Origin: Rotaria socialis
Taxonomy: Eukaryota
DNA length: 64,000 bases
Reading direction: 5' to 3'
Assembly (NCBI GenBank): GCA_905331295.1
Contig: CAJNYD010000132.1
Span: forward strand, 1 to 64,000
Shown here: piece after piece, positions 52,901 through 64,000 of the stretch
Layout: the number at the start of each line of letters is the position of its first letter
Position numbering within the stretch: position 1 is the stretch's first letter
Notes under the pieces: model-generated
Seen by the model: the letters and a program-made list of their open reading frames with translations, nothing else
Database searches by the model: none
Told to the model about the DNA's origin: nothing
Translations under genes and position numbers: made by a program

Positions 52901-55900
52901 GAAAAGATCTCTTCATTAATATTTTTCTTTGAAGTATGAATATTCTAATGATTAACAAATACTTTAGATCAGTGTTCAACCAACAACGAAGAAAGCTTTT
53001 CAATTTGAAGAAATATTGGTTCATCATGACGAATCCATTCTTCGCGATATGATGTTAGATAAAAATAATCGTTTTCTTTATGGAGCAACAAAAACACAAG
53101 TAAGTATATGAATGAGCTATAAAATAAAAATTCTCTATTTACTCTCTCTCTCTCTCTCTCTTCTTTTTCTAATTATTTTATTAATTTATCAATTATTTTT
53201 CTAGATCTTTCAAGTTGATCTTCATGATTGCAATCGATTTAAAACATGTTCATCATGTCTTTCAACACAAAATCCATACTGCGGCTGGGGTACAACAATA
53301 AATCGGTAAGTTTGTTTATTTTGAGAACTGAGTTTTTCATCATCTTCTTTGTCTGTCTACAGCTGTACGATACAACAAAATGAAAACAATGATAAACGAC
53401 GTTTTCGTTGGTTACAAATATATGAAAGTTGTCCAACTATTATTGAAACAGCGCCTGTTGTCATTTCAAAAGGAAAATCGGACATAGTAAAACAATGTTG
53501 CTTTCCTTAAATTCTCTTTTTTTTGTTTACTATTGAATATTTTAGTTACATTTGAAGGTTGCTAGTGTACCCGACGATTCTACTTCGAAATATTTCTGTT
53601 CGTTTGCATTAACTTCACTTCTAACAGAAACAGAAGAAAATGATACTGATACACCTATTTATATATCAAATGCTATTAAATATGAAAATTATATTACATG
53701 TTATTCACCACCACCTCAAGCACTATCGAATATTGCTCACGGTATTATAACGAATCAGAAAGCTAAATTTGCTCTATACGAATAATAATCGATAGATTTA
53801 TAGGGATCGAACAAAAGATTTTTGATAGTGATATAAAACGAAAGTGAATGCTAACAACTAGCTTCTGGATTATTAATTTAAAGCGATAGAAAAAAGTTTT
53901 TAAAATTTCTTTAGTTTTTTCTTTTTTTGCGACAAAAGAGTACACGTTCTCAATGATATTTCAGAGTGCTTTACATAATTTATATATCTCTATTCAATGA
54001 GATATTAGCATTGATTGCATAATATAATAACTTTGGCCTATATAATATTTAAAATAAGGTTTTATCGTGAAATTTCCCATCAGTATTAATTTTACTAAAA
54101 TTTAGATTCAATCGTGATACATCTGTTGTATAATGATATTATTCTTGCAGAAAAAAATATTACATTTTATGATTGTTCATCATATGTGACGTAAGTAATT
54201 TCTGATGTTCATAAAAAACAATTTCAAGAGTAAAGACAACTTTTAGATGTACATCATGTATGAATAATTCATTCGATTGTACATGGCAATTATTAACATC
54301 AACATGTGTTGATAGTGATTTAGTTGTGGAGAAAAACGACACGATTATAAATAGTTCTTCAATTAATCAATGCCCGCGGTATAATGTATCAAAAAGAGAA
54401 ATATTTGTTGTTGATGGCGATTCGTTTATTCTTGGTGAAAAGGGCCGAGCGATTATTCAAACAATTGAATTAAAATTTACTATTCAAAAATATTTTCGTT
54501 GTGTATTAACATTAATAAATTCTAGTAAAATCACTAGCATTGGAAAAATCATAAACGATTTATTTATTTGTGATCCATTTCAGGTAAGAATTTACAAAAA
54601 TTATTTGAATCGATTTTGAACGAAGTTATTTTTTTTTTGCTTGATGTAGATTTCTTATGAGAACGATATTGGTCAACAAAGTTTAACATTCGATATCGAA
54701 TGGAAAGAATGTGAAAATGAATGTACGTATAAAAAATTGGAAGCTCTCACAGATTTCACAGGTAATATATTAATATCAAAAACTTCTCTTGCATTTTCGT
54801 TTCATTTCTTTTCTATTTAGTAAACATTTATAAATGTAAACATCTCGCTGATTCTTGTGGTTCATGTTTATTACTTCATGAAAATTATCATTGTATATGG
54901 TGCGAGACAGATAAATCATGTCATCATGAAATAAATTCATCAATATGTAAACCAAATCATATAATAAGTTCATCCATGGGTATATGTCTTGATCCACGTC
55001 TTCGGCAAATCTATCCTACAATAGGTCCACAGTATGGTCGTACGCCAATACAAATATATGGTTCAAGCTTAGGTAAAACTCCATATGATATATCTGTTGT
55101 TCTTATACATTCAAATCAAACGGAATATCCATGTGATATTCAAATTGAATCATATGTTATTGCTCAATCATTTACTTGTCAAATGCCATCCTTACCAATT
55201 GGAATCTATACCATTAAAGTTACTGTTCATTCGGTTGTTAGTAATGATCAACCCATTTTTCATATTGTGGTCAGTAGAAAATTAAAAGTGAAAATAAATT
55301 AACTATTTTGTTCTTTGTTTAGAAACCAACAATTAATGATGTTTATCCAAATCTAGGACCTCGATCTGGTGGTACTTTACTTTCAATAAAAGGAAAACAT
55401 TTAACAATAGGAAGCAAAATAAATATATTTGTTGGCCATCAAGCATGTTCACTTGTTGAAAATGAAGAAACACTTATTAGTAGTACAATATCAGATGACG
55501 AAAATAATCAACTGTTAACTTCGTCCGTATCACAATTCGAATCATATAATGAAAATGAAGAAGAAACAATTCAATGTCGTACATCTAAATTAGCAGCTAT
55601 AAACGAACATGATGACAATCGAAAACAAAGATTTGTTAAACGACAAGCATTATGGATTGGCACAATTACAATATTAATTGATAATTTTACAGAAACTTAT
55701 TCAAATATAACTTATTCATATACAGAGGTAAGAAACTACAAGAAACTGCCGGAATATTTAGAATTATCTATTGATAGCGTTTAATAGAATTGAATTGTGT
55801 CAAACGAGTGAATCTTCGTCTTCACTTTTGTCTAGGTATCTTAATTTTCCGAACAAATGATCACGAGTAGTTCTACATTTCATGGATATTTTTCGCTATT

Positions 55901-58900
55901 CCCTTATAACTGTACCATACCACACTTAACTGATCGTTGTATTTGAAATTATAGGATCCACGCGTATATAATCTAAGTCGATATGCAGGTATTCAAAGCG
56001 GTGGTTTACCATTTCTTGTTCATGGTTCTAATTTTAATTCTATTCAAACACCACAATTCTTCGTCGAGTATAATAATCGCCAATTATTTATTGAGGTTTG
56101 TTCATCCGTTTTCTCTGTTTAATTTGATTTTATATTCAAAAAAAAAAAAATGAAATTTTAGAATTGCTCAGTTAGAACTGCGGAAAGTATGCTTTGTTAT
56201 GGCCCATCGTTCAAATGGATAGAAAATGAAACAAAAAATAAAAGTTCAATATTATCTACAGCTACAACAATGATTTTATCAACTACAACAATGTCATCAT
56301 CGTCAGCAACAACAATAACTCATAGTTTACACTCACGATCAACGGATAAAAATCATTGTTTTGAATTGAAATTTGGCTTTTTTATGGATGATGTTGAACA
56401 TGTTCGCAATACGTCAACATATGTTGAGACATTTCTAATTTGTCCTGATCCAATTCTACATGCATTTAATGATGATGGCCAACGTATACAATATCGTCAC
56501 GACTATTTATCAATTGAAGGTTCAAATTTACTCGATGTCGCAACAATAAATGATTATTCGATATCGATCGGTTCATATCCATGTATCATAACATCAATAT
56601 CCGATCAACAAATTGTTTGTCAACCAACAAATCGTACTATTGAAAAATTGATAAGAAAAAAACGAATTTTACTTGATATTCATACAAAATATAATGAACA
56701 CGCTATTGTTCGCGTAAGTATCAAGTACTTGAAATTAAGTTTATAACTTTATTCCTATTCAATAGGTCACACTTGGCCGTCGAGTTTATACATTGGGTAC
56801 ATTAATATTTACGTCAAATATTGAAAAACGATCATTAATCTTATATTACATAATCGCAAGTGTTTGCGGATTTTTTCTAACAATGTTTATCATAATCGTA
56901 TCAATTATTTTTCGACGAATAAATTCAAAACGTACTCGACAACTTAACCGTTTACAGAATCAAATTGATACACTTGAAATGCGTGTTGCTCGTGAATGTA
57001 AAGAAGGTTAGTTTTGCCTTCATGAAAAAAGAAAATCTATACTTATTACTTCTTTATTTTGCAGCATTTGCTGAACTTCAAACTGATATAGGAGAAATAA
57101 CAAATGATTTGTCACAATCAGGCGTACCCTATAATGATTATCCTATCTATTGTATGAAAGTTTTATTTCCAAATGCTACTGACGAAGAAAAATATATGAT
57201 GCTTCATAATATTGATATACCGGTAAGCTTAAAAAAATACAATGAAAATACTTGCGATTGATAAATCTCTTTGTAGCTGAACCTACTCTACTATGTTGAC
57301 TGAAATAATTTTTGAGTATAATAAAAATATTTGACTCCCTTACCTTACTGATACGAAGAAACTGTACTTTAATGGTCGTTTTCTACATGAATACCATTGT
57401 CTATCGCAGAAACAGCAAATTCTGAAATATTTACAAGAAATCAATCTTGTTAAAATCTGTATTTGTATACAGTTCGAAGTCAAAATTTAAAAATATATTC
57501 TCATCATGTTTCGGAGGAAAAGTCTAGATTTCTTTCTTCAAACTACAATGATCCGTTTCTTCGCTGTCTTCCAAAAGAATCAAGACGATTCAGTGTAGAG
57601 TTTGATCCGATAGGTCCCTACAGTATTTGTTTTAAATGAACTATATTTATCTTTTGTTCCCTAGCTTGAACCTAATCGACGAAATAATGTTCGACAAGGT
57701 CTTCAATTTTTATCTCATTCATTGTATAATCATCATTTTCTTCTTGTAATTATTCGTACATTGGAAGCAGATAAAATTAATTTTCGTTTACAAGATCGTA
57801 TGCAATTTGCATCCCTGATCAGTATACTTCTTCAAGATAACATTGAATATTTAACTGAGTATGTCACACGAGAAATTTTTCTTATTTATCTAATTATTGA
57901 TAATTGATTTAGAATATTAAAAATATTATTAAAAGAATTAATTGAAAAGTCATTACAACAAGACCGAAATAATAGTAAAATTCTATTAAGAAGTAATGCA
58001 TCTGTCGCTGAAAAGATGCTTTCCAATTGGTTTGCTTTTCTACTATTCGGTTATATTAAAGTAAGAAATTAATTTCAAATAGAAAAAGAATTTTTATTTT
58101 TCGATATCTAAGGAACGTATTGGATCACCGTTGTATATATTATTTCAATCAATTAAACAACAGATTCATAAAGGTCCTATTGATTATTTTACAAATGAAT
58201 CAAGGTATTCACTAAGTGAAGATAAACTTCTTCGACAACATGTCGATTATCAATCAATGGTAAATAATGCAAAGAAAACATTTGATTTTCTTATTGATTT
58301 TTGTTATTTCAGATTGTTTATGTGATTCAATTGGAAGATGATAAATCTCATCTCATTGCAACACCGGTGCCCATTAAGGTTCTTAGTTGTGATTCAATCA
58401 CTCAGGTGAAAGAAAAAATAGTTGATCATTTCTACAAAAACATTCCTTATTCCAAACGTCCATCAATTGAAGATTTTGATTTGGGTATGTATGCATGAAC
58501 ATCGAATGCTTCTTCTATATAGATTATCAAACTATAGAATACATTGACTACTGGATACTAATCTTCCGAGAATTTTAGTTTTTCAAGTTCAATTCAGAAA
58601 GTTTAAGATGTTTGAGAGTCTTTTGTTCTTGAATATTGCATCAGTATATATATGTTTTTCTTTACCATAGAGTGGAGGATTGGTTCTCATATGAAACTAC
58701 TTCGTGATGATGAAAAAGTTGATATTCCTGATTCAAATGGTTTTCTACAAGTACATACATTAGCAACTTATAAAGTATAATAATAATATATAAAGATAGT
58801 AAAACTAAAATGAATGATCTAATTTTTAGATACATGATGGTGCTCGATTATTTCTTAGCATAAAACCTGGTGTGAATCATACGAATACATCATCAAATTC

Positions 58901-60750
58901 ATCGTTGTTTAGTTCACAAACAAATTCTGCGGGTTTAGCTCATGGACTCACCGGTTGCTATCCAACTAAAAACTCATCTTATACAAAAAAACTTGATGAT
59001 GATCATAGTTGGCGATTACTTCAAGGACCTGGTAATAAAATATGGATACTTCTTTTTATATACGTTTTGTCTCGAGAGTCATGAAATTACTGATCAAACT
59101 TGAGGGCAACTGGCATCTCTTTACAGAAAAAGAAATTTTCATTAGAATTAAAAATATCAAGATAAATAAGATTGTGAATAGCTCGTGACCTGGTTTTATA
59201 TAAGCGACATTTTTTTTATGGTTGCTATTTTTATCCAATAGAAACATATACTATACTTAGAAGGAAAAAAAACTGCTAGTTTACGTTGATTCGTTTTTCT
59301 GTGTCTATTTTATTGATCTCTATTCTCAGTTAAAAACTAAGATGAAAACACCGGACTCTACGATGCTCACGATTTTATCATTCTTTTCCAAAGAAAAATG
59401 CATAGAATAAAGATAGAAATTCAAGTACATATTGAAAACAAACTGCACATACGATTGTCGATTTAACAACGGAGTCGAATTGTTAAACAGTAACCTTTTC
59501 TAAATTTTTTCATAAATTTGATTAAGTTTAATTAGTAGCAAAACTGTTTGTGTCTATAAAAAGATCTCACATGAGCTTGAGATAAAAGAAACTTGCTATT
59601 ATAAAATAGACAACCAAATATTATTAAATTCAATAATAGATTTAATCAATTTCCGAAAAGATCATCGATTTACTAATACAATTCATTCGGAACAATCATT
59701 TTTCAATTCACGATCAGAACAAAATACACATTTTTATCATTTGGTAATCAATTTTTTCTTTTTTTCTTAAATTTATTTATCAATTCATTTTATTTCTTAT
59801 AGGTCAAACCAACCGATCGTGAAGATGATGGTCGAACATTAATAACAAATAAACTTGTTTCAGAAGTTTATCTAACACGTTTATTAGCAACAAAAGGTTC
59901 ATTACAACAATATATTGATAGTTTTTTTGATACGATATTTTGTCTTGCTGATTTGCCATTGCCAATTAAATATTTATTTGATTTTCTTGATGAACAAGCC
60001 GAAATTTATCAAATATTCGATTCAAATATTATTCACACGTGGAAGAGTAACAGGTGTGAAAATTAATTTAAAAATAAAACAGATGCAAATAACTATTTTT
60101 TTCAAATATTTTTCTTAGTTTACCATTAAGATTTCTTGTTAATATTATAAAAAATCCTGATTTTATATTTGATGTTCAAAAAACCAATGTTATTGATGCA
60201 TCCCTGTCAGTTATTGCTCAAATGTTTATGGATAGTTGTGCTGCCGGTACTCATCAATTAACAAAAGATTCACCATCATCAAAGCTGTTATTCTATCGTG
60301 ATGTACAAAAATATAAAAAACTTGTAGAAAAGTTAGTTTGAAAACAAAAGCGGCCGCAACTAAATCTAGATAATCATTTTGAAATTAAAAAATAATTTAT
60401 TTTAGGTATTACGATGCTATCTCTTCATTGCCTACTGTCTCTACTACTGATCTCGATCAAAATGTGATAATAATTAAAGAGCAAGAAAATCAAGTACAGG
60501 CAAAATATTCTTTTTTGAATTCATATTGAAACTATATTGTTTTTTCTGTATTCAGAATTCATCGAACAAACGAACAAATGACTTCAATCGAACTTATGCT
60601 CTCTATAAATTATATAATGAATTTATAAGTCGATATAAGACTAGTTTACGAATAGCAATGATCAATGATTTACACAACAAACAGTGTCAATTAGTAGCGG
60701 TATTTGAACAGATTGTTACTTTAATGGAAAGCTTTGAACTTGATATTTAA
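49974..60750 (+). CDS. Plexin (plexin-A-like)
   Basis: >20 exons; divergent Sema region, PSI ([26 protein letters not shown]), IPT repeats, [90 protein letters not shown]. Confidence 0.93.
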
Positions 60751-63492
60751 AACTGTTTTTTGTTTTGTACAAAACATTTGCGTATTAATCGACATATTAA
60801 AGATATGATCTTCAGAAATCTTCTATTTATTCGACAAGGAGCGACAAATTTTGATCTTATTTGATTGTGCATTTAAATGAACAGAACAGAAACAGTTTTA
60901 AATCCATTTATATGATTAGGCATTTCTTTTAAATATCAGATTGACTACCATATACTTAGTCATATAACTCTACAGTGATATCTAACCAATTTCTAATGCT
61001 CAATAAATGTAAAAACATTCAATTGCATCATGTATCTTTATTCGCTTCACTCACAAATACAAGCTTCATTTACTTCCAATTAAATATGAACAAGATGCAC
61101 AGCTTGTGTTCATTTTAAAATCTGCATCTATTCATCAATATAAGTATACAAGTGTCATTGAAGAACGAATATATATATATATATTGAACTTCAAAAAAAT
61201 GTTTAAGTCTGTGATAAAACTGGATCTACAACGAACTAAAGTTGATTGATTCAATTCAATGACAACAAGTTTTTCATTTGATATACGATGTTCTTCAACT
61301 TCTAGATCAAACCTTATGAAAGCTTTTTACAAACAAACTGAATAAATAAATCCAACAACTTCTCATAGCACTTGATAGTACTTTGTTAGCAGACAACCTA
61401 TGTTTCATTCAAATTAGTAATATCAGTTTGAAGTTTTCTGTCAATATTAAATTGAGTTGGCCAAGGTAAATTGTAGCGCACGCTATTGTTTGTTTATCCA
61501 TGAAAAACAAGAGTTACTGAAAATAAATGAGATGTTAAACTTTGGAAAGAGAGATATGAGATGCAGATTGTATTCAAAAAATAGCTAATATATGCATTTT
61601 ACAAGATTGCTGCAGTGTTAAACTGATGATTTCAGTGCATATCAACGGATTACTATTGAAATAGTATTTAGAATCTGATTTCACTGAAACTTACGTATAA
61701 GTATTCCGAGCTCTATTATGTAAATCGAGTATTTGTTTTGCTGTTCAGAAAACAATCTCTTTAAAATAATAATTTTTTAATCTTTTATTTGGCTTAAGTG
61801 TAATAACAAATATTACGTTCGCATTCATCAATATATAAGAAGATTATTATTTCAAAAACAATCTTATTGATTCAAGTGACTAACGAAAAGTTATGAACAC
61901 TTTTTTTACATGCATAGAAAGTGTTAAATAAGCTGCTTTACAAACATTTCAAATTGTTGCTATCGAGTTCTTCCAATTAGAGCGAAATTTTGTCTGTTCG
62001 TTGATAAGGTGGTGAACAATGATGTAACTAAATTACAATAATCTTAGTGTTCTGTACATTTTTTTTGTTTCTTTTCGATACATAAACTTCTTGTTTCTCG
62101 TCGTTGCTGTTAAGTAAACATTCAATCATACGGCGATTGCATAAACAAATGTAAGTACTCAAATTGTGATTATGTTCAATATTATATGGTCTAAGGTGAA
62201 TTTCGTATTCGGCATTAGACCGATGTTAAGTTTGAATGTAGGTATACATGCGAACTATGTCGACATTCATCAAAACAAAAGTCTCATCTATTGTTGTGTT
62301 GTTGAGACTTATCAAAGCTTTGATCTCTGCATTTATTTCATCCATCATCCCAACGCATATTTTTCTATTGTTGTAAAGCGAGTTTGTTCAAGGTATCCGA
62401 TGCATCTATGAAAAGAACAAAATCAACGAAAAGTGAAGTTCTCTAGAGCATCTTGTCACTATCAATCAAATCATACATCACGATAACGACAAAGCCACAA
62501 AGTAATCACAATCATGACAAGTTAATGGTGATAATTATAGAATGTAACAAATTTGATAGCTCATAGAAATATTTAGATCCATTAACAAATGCATGCATTA
62601 AGTATTAATAAATTTATTCTGTCGTTACTCTAGACAATTAAAATACTATTTAAACTAGATGTAATGGACTATAGTAGATTTTAAGAACCTTTATTTTTTG
62701 CGGTTGTTTTTAAACACTCGGTGAAATCGATTTATATCGTCAATTATTTTTTCATCTATAAAATATTTGTTTCCATTCAAATCTATCGGAAAAAAACGTA
62801 AGTAATGGCTATAGGTAATGGTTCGTGTAATGCGGTTATTTGCATGCATTTTATATTTGAAACATCTTATTAATAAAATAATATCACACGACTATGTAAA
62901 CTGTAATGCGAAAGAATTATGTAACACCATTGAAAGTAATTCGTTCTGAAACGAATAAATTAATGTAAAAGGTTATACTATTGAGTTTCAAGGTTTTCTT
63001 TGATTTACAGGCACATTTTTTGAGGAAGTATGAAATTATTGACATTATTTTCAACGCAATGCAAAGAACGAAATCTCATTTGTGTTGTTTACGTCAAAGA
63101 ATTTTTCGTCACCTTTACTGTTTCATGTTTGCCATACAAGATTGTTCATGTTCATAACATAAGTCTGCCGAGATTACTTTTCTTTACAAACAGTCTGTAT
63201 TTATTCTCGAATGAGAGAAAATAATTTTCTTAAGGTACTGCATATAATTACAAATAATACAATCTAGTTCATTTAAAGTATAACATAGTTGTATGTACCA
63301 CAAGTTCTATGAATCGATGTTAGAATAAATATGCTATGAAGTAATTTTTCGCAAAAATTTCATTCAACTTTCAAGAATGATTACAACAAAAATTGATCTA
63401 TTCACTTGAAGACTATATATTTAAAAAAAAGATTTTGTCATGCATTTTTATTTACAAAAGGAATACATATTTTATACATAAATTTTTTTTTT

Positions 63493-64000
63493 CTAAGAAA
63501 TAAAAAGATCATCAAATAAACAATTAAAATATTGAATAAACATAGACCAAAGTGAATGAATAAGTAACGAAGGTTCTTTATCTCGTAATAATGGTAAATA
63601 ATCAAGTACAGTTTGAACATTTTCTTCCTGATATCGATAGAGACAATCGAGTGTTAGTGGTCGACGTGTTTTAATCGTATTAGTTGTTTCAAATTGTCGT
63701 TTATATGTTTTAATACCTGATAATAATTGTTTTATCGCAAGTTCATGTGTATCAAGTATTGTTTGAATTGAATTTGTTTTTGATGATGTACATGAAAGAA
63801 GACATTGCAAAAAATTTGTTTCAAATTGAACAAGATAAATTAAACGATAAAGATCCAATGAAGATTTCTGTAAACTATAAATAGAAAAATTTTTCAAATC
63901 TAAATAAGTCATTTTAATTGATATTGAACTCATTAAAGTAATTGATAAATCATCCTTATACAAATTGAAAGTTGAATTAAAATAATGCGGCACTAATTTA
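63493..64000 (-). CDS. 3' end of an unidentified gene (runs off the window)
   Basis: ~166-codon protein-like frame in very AT-rich DNA ending in TAG at 63493 with minus-strand AATAAA ~40 nt downstream. Confidence 0.55.
   Translation of the reverse strand, partial: KLVPHYFNSTFNLYKDDLSITLMSSISIKMTYLDLKNFSIYSLQKSSLDLYRLIYLVQFETNFLQCLLSCTSSKTNSIQTILDTHELAIKQLLSGIKTYKRQFETTNTIKTRRPLTLDCLYRYQEENVQTVLDYLPLLRDKEPSLLIHSLWSMFIQYFNCLFDDLFIS

Noticed and set aside
61398..63230. Minus-strand coding-like scraps (e.g. VRYNLPWPTQFNIDRKLQ, KICVGMMDEINAEIK)
   Set aside because: Interrupted by stops, cannot be joined into a gene model, no family recognised.

Overview
AT-rich eukaryotic DNA, gene-dense, with many short (~55-80 nt) GT-AG introns. 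This architecture fits a bdelloid rotifer such as Rotaria or Adineta (inference, not verified). No prokaryotic features, rRNA/tRNA genes or CRISPR arrays were seen. The first ~12 kb is accessory-looking: three paralogous two-exon coiled-coil + C-terminal UBZ1-type zinc-finger genes, a mucin-stalked bulb (GNA-type) lectin, a dispersed ~125-bp repeat and decayed ORF fragments. The rest is mostly conserved animal genes: MFHAS1-like LRR-Roc-COR, RAD6/UBE2A-B, a two-Tudor protein, LSM4, an intronless DUF1868-like 2H phosphoesterase (HGT candidate), a calumenin/reticulocalbin, REEP5/6, LUC7, YY1, UBXN6, glycerate kinase, a small TM protein, an intronless GPI-type ephrin and a plexin-A-like gene. Most notable: (i) an antisense gene nested in a glycerate-kinase intron that encodes a CCK/sulfakinin-like amidated neuropeptide precursor; (ii) the 2H phosphoesterase head-to-head with LSM4; (iii) a poison exon and extra 5' splice sites in LUC7 intron 1; (iv) operon-like packing of YY1-UBXN6-GLYCTK; (v) two introns that only work with non-canonical GA-AG and GT-TG ends; (vi) the tandem coiled-coil/UBZ family beside a ROCO gene. 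Exon models were derived by hand from splice signals and reading frame; no database searches were run.
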